From: Eledone cirrhosa
Taxonomy: Eukaryota
Length of the DNA: 64,000 nt
Direction of reading: 5' to 3'
Assembly: GCA_964016885.1 (NCBI GenBank)
Contig: CAXHJY010001681.1
Span: 41,033-105,032, forward strand
The notes below the pieces were generated by a model, which was given only the letters and a program-made list of their open reading frames with translations, did no database searches and was not told the origin of the DNA. This document shows positions 50,415-64,000 of this stretch, in pieces (position 1 is the stretch's first letter; every line of letters begins with the position of its first letter). Both the position numbers and the translations under genes were made by a program.

Positions 50415-52754
50415 AATTTCTAGTGAAATACACTGTATTTTAATTAATTAATGAAGAATTTGGAGGGATTTACTGAAATTATAAATTATTTCAATATTAA
50501 GATGATATTTGTAAAAGTTCTTACATCAAATTATGTTGGAAGATTTTTATTTAAATAGGAATCCTTTTAAATGGGGGAGATTTGTTTCATAAAAAAAAAA
50601 ATAGAGGCAGGTTTGAATGGGTTAATACGAAAGGGATTAATTAGTGTTGCTCAGTGTGATTGTGTGCACACCTATGAATTTATAAATTAGTTTATTATTT
50701 TCTCAACACTAAGTTCAAATAGTTATCAATGAAATGGATGACTGGATACAATTTCCATCAGACATATTCAATGGGCAAAACAAAGCAATATGCTGCTAAA
50801 CACCATATTCTTTCATTTTACCCATTGTATTGTTTTTACATTACTCTATATATACTATTGTATTTTTGTGTATTTTTGTGGTAAAGGCCTTATCTTATAT
50901 AATTATCTCACAGAATATTGAATCTACAAGATTTTGTTTTTATTTATTTTGATATCAATACCTTAACATCAGTATGAGTGGCCAGTTTAAAGACTAAACG
51001 GTTAAGGAAAAATTTGAGCTCATCCAATTTGGAAAAGAGAATGAGTTTAAATTTGTTATTACTATATTTCTAATGAACTGCATTATATTTGAATTAGTTA
51101 TTGATCATTTAATTATAAAGATAGTATTTGTAAAATCAAGTAAAATTATATTAGGTTTTAATTTAAATAAAAACCCATTAATATGGGTGGTTTTACTTTA
51201 TAGAACCAGAGGCAATTTTGGGCAGGTTGGTATCAAAAAGGGTTAAACAGCTGTATTCTCTTCTCTTAAGAGAATCTCATGACATCTAACAATGTCAGAG
51301 ATTAGAGAGTAATTGACCTCAGCTGGAGTGCTCACATCAACATGGATTTCAGGATAAGCTTTTAGATTCCAAGACCTTTTCAGTTCAGAGATCTAAATGT
51401 TATTCTCCTCATATTCTCTACCTAAAGTACTTTTGTCTCCTGTGGTTACCCCATACTAAACAAAATATGAGAATGGAGGCACCTCAGAGGACAATTACAA
51501 AATAAATAAATACTTAAGATTCTATTCTCTCCAATATAACTGAGAATGTGGGAAATATATCATTGGATTGTCCAAATGATGTTAAGTAAAAAACAAAACA
51601 AAAAAAAAATACAAACTACCCTGAAATAAATCAAGAAAAGAACCTAAAACTTTTGAAGAGTACCTGGATAAATTCCCCCAAGAAATTCTAGACAATCCAC
51701 CAACACCTGGATATGTTTTGACCAACAAATCTCTACCTCAGTGGGATACTGTGTTCCAAAATATAACTTTAAAGACTTCACCAGGTGATACTATTAAGCT
51801 AGCCATGGCCCAGGCTAATACCATCCAAAACTTACATATATAATCAGGGATGGAGACAAAAAAAGTAAAAGAAAACAATAAGGCATAAAAGTCACAACTT
51901 CTCATTTCCTCTTTGCTAAAAGGTAATGCATTTACTGTGAATACCCCCCCCCCCATATATATATATATATTGATCAGTATAATTTCTATCATTTCATTCC
52001 AGAAATAAACTGTTTGTTTGGCCTTCCACTGAAATTGAGTTTCATCTCTGATCTATTTCTATAATTAGATGCGATTTGATTTAGTTCTTTCTGGTTATTT
52101 CTGAAAACCTTTCAACGTTCATTGACAGAAAGTCTCTCTCTTCTTTCAGATTCTGCTTGTGGGAGAAAGAAACACCAAGTAAATAAGAACAGCGACGTTG
52201 GTGAACCATCATCTTCAATCATTATCTTCATTATCAAAAGATTTACAGCTATCCTTCTATACTTGCAAAGATCTTTAGAATAACTTCTCTTTTATACATA
52301 CATACACATATATATATATAATAATGGTGCATATAAAGGCATATACAATATGTTTATGAATAATAAACATACAAGAGTCTTGCTACAAATATTTTAAATT
52401 GTAATCATGTCACAGCCATCTCAATAACTATATGAGAACATCAGACAAGAATAAACTATAACTTATCTTATATAATTTTTGGCATATGAAACATCGACTT
52501 TAAATGTTCATTTGCATATAGTGCAATCTTGACCAACTAGGATTAATTAGCAGGTGCACTAACACTACGTGGTTTATAATAGATGTGTTTTTGAAAGCAT
52601 ATCTGATATGATATGTTTAAGTATAATAAACATACATGAATTTCCCTATGAATATTTTAAGCTGTGATCATAAAACAACTGTCTCAATAGCCATGTAATA
52701 ATGCCAGACACGTGTTATTAGAATTTTATCTGACATCAGTGACATGTACTCACT

Positions 52755-52985
52755 CATTATCATTTTTTCATCATTTCATTTTACATCCACTTTTTCCCTG
52801 CTTGCAAGGGTGGGACGGGAACTGATTCTGACTTGATTTCTACAGCTGGATGTCCTTCCTAACACCAACCTCATTTACAGTGAGTGCTGGATGCCTTTTT
52901 GCCGTGGCACCTCCACGACCACTTTGCAGTGGAATGATATGGACCCCAGTCCGTATCATCTCATTTCTACAGCTGAGTAAACTAG
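52755..52985 (-). mobile_element. 5'-truncated copy of the RTE-tailed SINE
   Basis: Matches 36550-36760. Confidence 0.8.
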
Positions 52986-53364
52986 GTACGGGAATAAAAA
53001 TAAGATATATCTTACATACTTTTTTGCATATGAAATATCACTATTGCTAATCACCACCTTTGAAAACAAGACCAATGATTTTCTTATACAACAATGCCAC
53101 AATCGACAATTTTCCAAATGATAGCGACTTGAATAGACCTGTTTTGTCCAAAAAATATTTTTGTTTCTGCCACTCTCTTTCTATTTCTTCTTTAATTTCT
53201 CATTCAATTTTCTGGTTAAGGACTAGCATCCGAAATGTTAAGACCCTTTTCCTACTATATCAAGCAAAAAACTAGTAATATATTTCTTCATTATACTGTC
53301 GTTCGCTTTGATATTTTGATTTGCCTTTTGAATGCATGCATACACACACACACATACATGAGTA

Positions 53365-53705
53365 TTACAGTGTCTTCACAGACGATTGCCGTCTCTAATT
53401 GATTCTTCGTTATCATCCCATCTGCGTCCATGACTTCGTAGATGGCTTTGTAGGCCAGCTGTAGATCTGCATGATTTACAACACAGGTGACAGAAGAGAG
53501 TTGTGCTTTCCACAGGACTGGTGGTGTCACCGTATGGGACAAAATCTTTATGTACCACCACCATGTGTCTTTTTAGTCCAGAACTAGTTCTACACACTTG
53601 GTTGCATATCACACACGTTTCGCCAGGCCTTTGTTGAGTGGTGTTGCAGGTGGTTATCCTTTCGTGTGACTTCAGGTGATTAACGTAACCAGCCTTTGAG
53701 AGGAG
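53365..53705 (-). mobile_element. LINE (RTE/BovB-like) 3' end with C2H2 zinc fingers
   Basis: SKAGYVNHLKSH, CVICNQVCRTSSGLKRHMVVVH and CHLCCKSCRSTAGLQSHLRSH, followed by a stop and a simple-repeat tail. Embedded in (CATG/CATA)n. Confidence 0.7.
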
Positions 53706-53829
53706 TACACATGCATGCATGCATGCATGCATACATACATACTTACAAGGACCCTCAAATTCGTTGGATTCCTACATTAGATTTTTACTTGGACTCTACC
53801 TGAATATCTTTTTGGATCACAGGATTTTC

Positions 53830-54850
53830 TGATTACATTTTGCTTTATACCACAACTCATGAGCACTTTTCCTCCACTATTATCTTCCGATTACTCCTTT
53901 CTCGTCATCTCACCATTGTATATCTCTCTCACCCCAGTACCTCCTCGTTTCCTCCCCCATATTATTCTACTCCCCACCCATGTGTCATCGCCTCATTTCT
54001 CCACCACCTCACGTCTTTTCCTCTGCTGTACCACTAGTCTCCTCCTGTCACTTTTTCACCCCCTTCCTCACTCATCTCTCAATCATGCCCAATCTCAAAT
54101 CCTTCCTCAGCCAGCTCCATTCCACCCTCAAATGCTTCCTCCACCCTTTTCCCTTCATTTGCATCAAATCCTCCTTGCACTTGCATCTTTCCAAACCTCT
54201 CTTCACCAAAACCTGCTATGACAGTCACGTTAATTTTCAAGTCTCCACACTCTCCAACATTGTTTAGACTTATGCCATACATCCTACCCTAGCACTTTTA
54301 CTCTTCTCCCCCTTTCTGAGCCCATCTCATTCCCAATGGTTTTTCCTTTTCCGGGGAATTTTATCAACAGGACCCTGGGATAGCCATGGGTACCAAAATG
54401 TGCTCTAACTATTCCAACTTGTTCATTGGCTACATTGAGGCCTTAAACATAGGCCTTAAACCAATACACAGGTCCGACCCCTGAGCTATATGGTCCTTAT
54501 ATCGCCAATTGTATCGGTGCCACATCTCTCCCTCCTGTGAATAGCTCGACTCCTTTCTTTCTTTTATCTAGTCTTTCCATCTGCCCTCACCTTCACCACC
54601 ATCATCTCCAACTCTTCAGCCCAATTTCTTGACATATCTCTCTCTCTCACTCTATCGACCACACTCTCAACCTCTATCTTCTATAAGCCCACTGATTTCC
54701 ACTCCAACTTCACCTCGTCTCATCCCACCCACACAAAACTTTTCAAATCATACTCTCAATTCCTATCTTTGTTGGCTCTGTAGCCAGGACAATGATTTTG
54801 TGACCCAGTCCCAACGCATGGCCTTCCGCTTCATCCAGCATGGATATATG
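53830..54850 (+). mobile_element. Decayed Penelope-like reverse transcriptase
   Basis: GFSFSGEFYQQ, IAMGTKMCSNYSNLFIGYIE, PYIANCIGAT (degenerate RYIDD), FLDISLS, YKPTD and LCSQDNDF. Confidence 0.8.
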
Positions 54851-56719
54851 AGATCATCAAGGATTGTAAAGCCTAGCATTTGTGTATAGTTTTAATTGCA
54901 TGTTATCCAAGACTAGATAAGGTGAGGTAGAAGTTTGTTTCCTTGCTATGAGTGTGTGTCTGTACTGTTAAAGGAGACAAGATTGCCATATACCCATTGG
55001 AAAATGATTCCAAGGTCCATTTATAAAAGCAGTGTAGGGTTGGTGTGCGACAACTTGCTTGGAATGTGAATGATGGTTGTGTGTGTAAAAGATGAGTGAA
55101 GAGTGGTACTAAATACAAACAAGCGAGCATTGACAAAAGAAAGAATTATCTTGATTAACATCAATCTTCAACCAAAATCATGTCAACTAGTATCATCACA
55201 CATCAACAAAAAGGAAGATATATTGATTATTATATAAAACATATACAGCTAACATCTCAATGTTCTGGTAAAAACATGGAAGCACAGCTATCACATCCTG
55301 AAAGGGAGGGAAGTTAATAACAATAGTAATTGGTTAATTTCTCGACCAATTATAGTTTTATTGCGAAAATGTAGACAGCCATAATGAAATCCTATTTAAT
55401 CAGCTTTAAATATGATGTAATTGCATTGTATGTAATATTCATGGTCAACACCACGCCTAATTTTGCTAATGTCTTTATTGATGAAATCTCATACAATACT
55501 TTGTCATAAGGGTTCTCAGAACTTTTAAACACTTTTGTTATTGCATTTCTAATGAAAGACACTGCCTATTATTGTCAAATCATTTTGAAAATATAAAAAA
55601 TTTAGAAGGATTTAGTAGTCTAACTAACCTTCTCGTCATTAATCTGGTATTTGAAGCATAACTTAAAGGTTCTTACATAAAATCATGATGGAAAATTTCT
55701 AGATAAATACAAGCACTTTAAAATAAAGTTTTGAACCGCCAACAGTTTCAGATTTTTGTTTTCAAAAAGGTTAAGTCCAGATTGCAATGTAGATTTTTGC
55801 AATCATTGAGCTATCACTTGTTCTAATTTAATACCCAGACTTGTAAAAAGAAAGGATATGTCCTTTTCCAGTCACAGTTACTATAAAAATTTAATTGAAA
55901 ATGATACCGTCACTATTTTTGTAAATCTAAGTATATGAATTTTGTATCTAAAAGTAAATTAGAAACGTTTTAATTTGGGAGAGCTAGTGAAAACCAGTAT
56001 GTAAAAACTGTGCAATAAAATGTACCCAGTACAATTTGTAAACTGGTGAGAGTATCCAGCTGAAACCATGCTAAAAATGGAAAATATGACGTAGTTCAAT
56101 GAGATGTCTAGTTTTAGATTGTAACAACCCTATCCAACCCATGCCGGCATGGAAATTATGATGATATATATTAATATATGGGATGAATAGTGTGCGAGTC
56201 TGTAAAAATAACAACTTTTGTTATTGTATTTCTAATGAAATACATTGTCTATGTGTTTCAATCAAAATTTCTAAAATAAAATAATGATTAAGGGGTTTAA
56301 TAGAAGTATAAAAATTTTAAATGAGCTTTTTGTATCATAAATCCATGATGACTTCAGGTGGATTGGTATCAAATGGCTTAAAATAACTAGAGAGTGTAAC
56401 AGTTGAAATGTAACACATAACATACAAGAGTAAAAAAGATAAGGTAAACAGTATGAATGATGATACATTGTAGTGGAAAAGTCAATGAATAGATAAACAA
56501 CAACTGGCTTCTATGAACCTTAGTGTATGCTAATATTAGTTTGATCAGTTCAGAATCTATTATTTTGAAGACAAATACTATTGAAACTAGGAACATAATA
56601 CTGAACTATCAACTTCATAAAATGTCTAAAAACAAATCTATAGGAAGAGAACACATCAAACTAAGACATAAAATTTTAAAGAAAATAAAGTATGTACCTC
56701 CTACAACATAGCCACAAGT

Positions 56720-56870
56720 CACAGTAGTGTTCCACTGTGACCAGAACTAATGGTAGCACACCAGTATGGTCACAGACAATAGCAGTACTCCAGCATGGCC
56801 ACAATCAATGGTAGTAGTCCAGTATGGCCACAGACAGATGGTAGTACTCTAGCATGGCCACAGTGCATTG
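56720..56870. repeat. ~29-bp minisatellite (about 5 units) derived from a SINE tail motif
   Basis: Unit ATGGTAGTACTCCAGCATGGCCACAGAC. Compare GCAGTGCTCCAGCATGGTCACAG at 30239. Confidence 0.65.
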
Positions 56871-57473
56871 GTTGAAACCAATAAAACAACTAAGTCCCAG
56901 GTGCTAATTTACATGGTTAAAAGTTCAAACCACACTATTACAGCCATTGGCTAGTGGCCTGGCGAAAAGACATACATGTCTACTGGTTTTAGTTAAAGTC
57001 TGTCCTAGAGGCTCATCAGACCTGAACTTATACTAATTTCATTGGCATTAAACGACTGAGTCCATCACTGAGTTAACCTTCCAGTTGTTACTAGTACTCA
57101 TTTATTTCAGTTGAGAGAGCTGAAGCAATCAGAAATGAAGTTTTTTTTTTTGTTTTTTTTTAAATTAACTACACAATATGCCATTTAGCCCAGTAATCAA
57201 AACAAATCATAAGCCTAGAATCCTAATCACTAAGCCATGCTCCTTCACATCTGCTTGCTCCAGCCAATCCAACAACATTAGTCACTCCTCACTTTACAGT
57301 TGAATGGTTAATGGTAATAAGGACAACTATTCAGCTGTAAAAATAATTGCTTCATTCAAAAATTTAAAAAGGGAGGAAGATAAAAATACCAATGTGCAAA
57401 AAAAAAAAGAAAAAAAACACAATTTCATCAGTTTAGAAACACCTGTAAATGTGATGGGCACTTTCCCACTTCA

Positions 57474-57653
<180 letters not shown>

Positions 57654-58311
57654 TTACATTAACTATTTGTTTCTGTATTTCTAATGAAAGACACTGTCTA
57701 TAATTTCCAAATCATTTTGAAAATGCTACAAAATTTGGAGCTATTTAGTAATATACCTATGATTATCAATTGCCTTAACTTAAACACAAATACATCTGCA
57801 ATATATCAAAGCTAACTATGAACTTAAGCAAATATAATCCATAAACCTATATAACCCCTCTCACCAGACCCACAGCACACAAGAAACTGTAAAAATCAGA
57901 CATATTATTCAAAACCATATCCAAACCCACCTAGCCAAACAACCAGCCCGCACCAATTACTGGTATGAGTGTGGCGAATGTCATTAGGCTGCAGTTTCTA
58001 TAAGTTTCTTGATATTAAGCAGGTGTTTGGAACATAAAGTCCTTGCATAAGAATTATAATGGAACATTTTAAAATATATATAAAGACTTTAAAATAAACA
58101 GCTTAGTATTGTAGAACAAGAGGCAGTTTCATGTGGTTTAATATATAAAGTGTTATGAGGAGTATGCAACAGCATGACCATAGCCCAGTTGCTGGAAACA
58201 GTAAATAAATAAATGCATGAAATAAATTAAAAACAAAAATGGTAAAATTAATATACTAACACTAATATATCACTGTTTTATCTACACACGTGCACACGAA
58301 TATCTATATAT

Positions 58312-58903
58312 ATCTCTATATATATAAAACTGAGGATGTCTGTGTGTGTGAGTTTGAATCCCTAAAACTAGAGAAGCATCCAACCGACTGTTTTCAACCT
58401 TTACATATGTAATACTTATGTTTCAGGGAGTGTTCCGAGCAAAAAAAATTTCAAATTTTCAATGCCCTAGGGACTGCATTAGGCGATTTAGCGATCTCTC
58501 TCTATAATTCTAAGTCTTTCTCTTTTTAGATAGATACATACATATAATGTCGCGCCCTTATAATATCTGTCTATGTCTGGCTGGCTGTCTGCATTACGTT
58601 ACTTCCTACAATTCGCTCTGCGTCCAGAATGCGACCTTATAATATCTGTCTGTATGTCTGGCTGTCTGCTGCCTCCGGTTATTCTGCCACCCTTGCTCAA
58701 GACAAATCTCACACTCATTCCCCAAACAGTTGGTAAGTGGACACAACTTCTTCCTCACGTTTTAAGCCACAGTGTTGCTTACTTATGTAACACCAGACGC
58801 TTACTTTTTTGCCAGCTGTGGTTGTGGCAATATTAAGCTTAGCTAAGGTGGTTATATATTTCACAATACCTTATCCTGTGCAATGCCGGGTACTACTGCT
58901 AGT
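58312..58903 (-). mobile_element. HINE/DINE-1-like element, inverted relative to 5332-5948
   Basis: Reverse complement starts ACTAGCAGTAGTACCCGGCATTGCACAGG and shares about 250 bp with 5690-5945. Confidence 0.65.
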
Positions 58904-58932
58904 AATATTATAAAACTGTCTTCATACAATTT

Positions 58933-59132
58933 CCGTATACACTCAAATATAAGCTGATATGAATATAAGCCAATCCCACTGTTTTATGTCTGAGAAATGG
59001 ACAAAAATCCAAACCCTATTTGTGTAGAATTTGAAATTAGTGAAAATCATCAAAATATGACCCCAAATATAAGCCTTCTACCATTGATTGTTTTGGCCAC
59101 ATATTCCTCAGTTTACATTCAAGTACATATGG
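58933..59132. mobile_element. Tc1/mariner(pogo)-type MITE, same family as 16416-16612
   Basis: CCGTATACACTCAAATATAAGC and GTTTACATTCAAGTACATATGG|TA ends, with a collinear interior. Confidence 0.7.
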
Positions 59133-62003
59133 TAGTAACTGGCAGATATATATTGAAAACATAACCCAAATATGATGACTATGTGGGGGAACAAAATAGC
59201 TTTTAGGTAATATAGCCAGCTGGCTCTGTAATATCTCCAACTATAACTTTTATCTTATCAAAAGGATCACATATAACAAATTTATAATGGTTCTTTGAAT
59301 AGAAGTTACTTCTGCAAATAAAACTTGCATATTTAGTACCATCTTTACTAGCATTTCTACGCAGAAATGTTTAGAGAGCCCTGACAATGTATGGGCACTG
59401 TCTCCCTTCAGAATAAGGAATATAATGAAATGTGAAATTTTATTTTGTGATTTTAAATTCACATATACACAATCATAGATTTCTTCTGGTAGTGTAAAAA
59501 CCAAATTGAAAATCAAAGTTGCCTACGTTTATGGTTACAAAATGTGTTCACATAAACACACTAACATATGAACTGCTGACAGCAGGCTGACCATACAAAA
59601 GTCAATAGGAATATCTAAAAATGTATTTTCATACAATACAGCTGAATACCAACCTAGTTAAAATAAAACTATGATTCACAGCACAGTGAAAAAGTAATTT
59701 TACTACATGATGTATTTCTAGCAAAAAGTATGTGTGTGTGTGTATATGTATATATATGTGTGTGTGTGCGTATATAAATAAAATTTATATCTGTATAAAT
59801 ACAGTGTGTAACCGAGACTGCACCAACGTGTATAAATATATATACACATATCTATGCCAAAGTGTATGATAAAGTTATATCTGTATAATTACAGAGTGAG
59901 TAACTGAGACTGCACCAATGTGTATAAATATATACTTCTGATGAGGTGTTTATCATTTGTTTTCAATTTACAGGGAAATTCGTATGTTATGTATTGGTGC
60001 AGTTTTGGTTACACACGCTGTATTTATACAGATATAATTTTATCATAGACTTTAGCTGCTAGCACACTTCCTAATATATATCTTAATTAATTACCAACAT
60101 GAGCGCTAATTATATGCAAATATAAATACACTTCAAGTGCTTGCCACATTTTATACAATTTTCATTCTCATTCATGCATCATATGACCATACCAATGCAA
60201 TCGTCTCTCTTGTATGCTACATTCAATTCCTCTTGTGCTCAGCTTTTCTTTCAGCTAACTTCTGCTCTGTTGTTCACAAACACTAACATTACTAATCCAG
60301 AAATATAAACACATGGCACACATACTAGTTGACTGTTGATAATATCAAAGATGTCATCCAATATTCCCCTGCAGAGGAAAAACATCATGTTCTTTCTTAA
60401 ATTAACATTTGCTTATGTTTTCTATAATTTGGGTTGGACAGGTGTGTAAATTGATACATTTGATAACATTTCTGCTACCCAAACATGATATAGATACAGC
60501 AGTTGGCAAATCTAAAATGTACAGCATTTTATTTAAGAACAAAACATTATTTGAGGCAGCTAATTTTTATCTTTAGAATAGAAATTATCAATATTTTCAT
60601 AGTGGTGAATTGGGTGATGATCTTTGGAAGAAGAGATGCCAAACGTTTCTAGTGGAAGGTTGCCTAAGGGAAACCTGGGCAGAAGTGGTGAAAGCTGATC
60701 TCAGATCCCAGAACCTTACAATGGAAATGACATAAATGTATCAAGTTGAAACAAGAAAAACCTGTCTAGCCTATGCAGGCATGGAAAAGTTGATGTAAAA
60801 ATGATGATGATAATAAAGATGAGAAACACCATTATAGTTTTGGAGTAATTATCGCATCTAGTTTTATCTCCTGTTTGGGTTGATTTTCTTTCATTCAAAC
60901 CTTAAGTACCAGTAATATCCTGAATAAACTACACTCTTTACTGAAGTTTTTATAACATGCCTCGATATTTTCAAAACAGTTCTTGCGAGCAAACTTATCT
61001 AAACTCCCTTCATTTCTGACTTTACAAATTCTCACTTCATATCTTGCTTCACTTTTCCCTATAATATTTATATTTTCCTACTATAATACCACATATTCCA
61101 ACCCTATGTTAGCTAATCCATAAAAGTCAGTGTTATAAGGTTTGCAATAACTGCTACTTCAAGTTTTCCTAGGTCTACTATTACTGTGGATACCAAGGCC
61201 TTTTCCCACCCCTTCTCCATATATTATCCAATCACATTACAATTCTATACCAGTCTAGTCATCCCTCCTGCATACATCTGTCAATGCCTTCAGCTATTTG
61301 TTATTCTGCTGATGCAAGAAATCAATAAATCTTGCACCTTAAGCAATGACAGCATTAATCTAGAGATTATATTGTCATATATTGATTGTTAGTTCAGTTA
61401 TTAATCTTGACGAGAAGGAGGAAGTTTATAGCAATAGATAGCTTTTTAAATGAGGAACTAAAATAATTCTAAGATGTCTATAGGAATCTGAGTCCGATAG
61501 GAAGAAACACCAGGAGATACTGGTATTAGACTTTGATATGGAATCTCTTTACCAAATATCTACATGATCGCAATTGTTTCATATTAGTAGAATAACTGGA
61601 ATTTGATTAGTCATTTTGAGTTATATAATTTTCCCCCTTATATGCGTTGAGGTAAGATGAAAGAGATTTGGTGAGAATTGAGATGGAAATTGGTGTGGAA
61701 GGGAATACCAAGAAAGATATGACTAATGATGATGGATGAAATGAAAGCTGGAGGGTTAGTGAGGGACATGTAGAAAATACAGCAAAATAGAAAAGCTTTC
61801 CTCTACAGTAGCAAAATAAATTTATCTTTATAACTTCACAATTAACACATCTTCACAGTTATTACCTAATATTTGCGAAACTAAAATTATATTTTTCAAT
61901 GCTATAAAAAAAGGAATATGATCATTATATTTATTTTGTGTGTCAGTGTGTTTGTTTGTAATAAGTGGTAAATAGCAATGCTTGATGTTTGGAAATACCA
62001 ACG

Positions 62004-62047
<44 letters not shown>

Positions 62048-63929
62048 TACTCTTTGTGAAGTGTTTCAACGTAGGATACATTGAATTAGTTTTTGGTGAA
62101 GTTTTTCATATCCAGATGAGGATCTGAGTTCAATATTAATCTATATACCTCTCTAAGGTTTCAATTAACAGCTAGGCAGCCTTAACCATTGAAAGAGGTA
62201 TATCTGCCAGGGGCTTAGTGCAGTGTTGGTAATTCAGAGAGCTGTGAATTACAAAAGAGTATAAACAAGGTACATTTTTAATGGTACAGGTGGGAATGTA
62301 TGATATGAACATTAGCATCCAACTTTAGATGGTAGCTCTGCAATGTTTATAAAATCTGCAAGCTTCATTATAAAAATATAAATGTATAAGTATTTATGCA
62401 GCATTTAAATCCTAAGTATGTTACATGTGGTGAACACCAGGTAGCTAGGACACAAAAAAAGAATATCATTAAAAACATTCTTAGAACAAAAACAAAACTT
62501 AGAATGTAGTAAGTGGAATAAAAGCTTCTGGTTGGATGAAGAAGCAGTAAAAGAATAGATATGTACAGAGAATTTATTTTTAAGATAGACCCATAAGCAA
62601 GAGAAAAAACTAATTTTATTGAAAGAAAGAGAAAATAATAAAAAACATATTTAAGATATATAATGAGAAAAATTCTCTAATGGCAAAAAATGAACTGTAT
62701 AAGATTACACCCTAATTAGTGACATTTTATTGCTAAGTTATTAAAGTAAAAATTTTCAACAGAAACTGCTATCAAATCTCAAGGAGTACTACAATATTTT
62801 CAAAATTATGATATTCACCGAGAGTAAGTTTTGAACATTGAGAAATGAAAATCAATTATGTGACCCTATCTATATACCTTGTTACATCAGATATATAAAG
62901 CTTATATATATTAAAGGTGACATAATTGAAAAACACGATGTTAAGTATTTCAACATAACAACAGGGGAACTTGTTCTATATTCTGCATAACACAAAATAG
63001 TTTTCTTTGGCCGCTTCCAAGTATTGTTACTAGGTAAAAAGAAAACATACCATAGAATTGATAAATTTAGCTGTTGAATAGTCAGTTGTTAGTAGAAGAA
63101 AAGATACCTACTTTTCTCTAGTATTTATGATGAAAGGATATTTAGTGAAGACAGCTGAAAGTCAACTGTTTACAACGAGAGAGAAGAATTTTAGCTAAGT
63201 AAAGCAGTATATCTTATGTTACTGGTTATTGTTGAAAATAGAATATTTTTGTAGAACCAGGCAAATATATTTACATATATTTGAAGACATAACATGTGAA
63301 AAAGAATCACAATTAAGAGGACCTAATTAATAAAATACTACTAGAAAAAATGAATATAAAAAAAGGTTAATCCCTGAACAAAGTAAGGATTTGAGTGATG
63401 AAATGATGCTATGACATTCTAAATGTCAATATCTCATTATTAGATTGGTGGAATTAACTCATTTCTATAAATAAATAAATAAATAAATAAAATAAAATAA
63501 AATTTAATTACTGAGGTCAAAAGTTATGTAATTCCTTAATATTCTTTGAGAGAAAATAAGTGTTAACTTATTCCATGGCAACCAGGAGAGAAGGAGTGGT
63601 GGCTGATATTGAATGTCATATAGAGTAGAGTGGCTGTTATTGGAATTATTCCAAAAGTGGTTCTGCAGTATGCATAGAATAGCATCAAGTCCCTGGAGTA
63701 AAGAGGCTGATAAGGGGTTATACTGCAGAGAATGAAAGAAATTAATAAGTCACCATTGCGTCTATCATACACTGATTGAGTCTATATTTTATACCTTGTC
63801 TACAATCACTGCCAAAACATGAAAACATTAACCCTTTTGTTACCATACTGCCAATGAAAGACACTGCCTATTATTTTCAAATCAATTTGAAAATAATAAA
63901 AAAAATTGGAAGGATTTAGTAATATAACA

Positions 63930-64000
63930 TGAAGGTGCATGGCTTAGTGGTCAAAGAGTTGGATTCACAATCATGAGGGTGTGAGTTTGATTTCCGGACT
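63930..64000 (+). mobile_element. tRNA-like SINE head running off the window
   Basis: TGAAGGTGCATGGCTTAGTGG...GTGAGTTTGATTTCCGGAC matches the head at 37830-37906 (minus). Confidence 0.7.

Noticed and set aside
63930-64000. tRNA gene
   Set aside because: It matches SINE heads elsewhere in the window and does not form a clean cloverleaf.

Overview
AT-rich, repeat-dense eukaryotic DNA, most likely an octopus (inferred from the SINE and RTE families seen). The only host coding sequence I can support is two small minus-strand exons of calcium/calmodulin-dependent protein kinase II (CaMKII), at 57533-57592 and 45517-45571, so the window is essentially CaMKII intron. The introns hold four long RTE-clade LINE copies with a PHD-type finger inside ORF2 (one with an uninterrupted 824-codon frame), many RTE fragments, tRNA-head SINEs that share 3' tails with those LINEs, Penelope-like element (PLE) remnants, a decayed hAT element, MITEs and Helentron-associated (HINE/DINE-like) elements. 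The strongest signals are: (i) a non-coding ~516-bp repeat present in tandem and inverted copies, carrying a full-size type I hammerhead ribozyme with a variant GCC cleavage triplet (retrozyme-like); (ii) a second hammerhead family in an inverted PLE; (iii) a perfect 41-bp hairpin followed by a T-run; (iv) a TSD-bounded SINE with a swapped LINE tail; (v) a promoter-like patch inside the intron. Repeat boundaries were set by eye and are approximate. Most listed short ORFs are spurious or transposon-derived.
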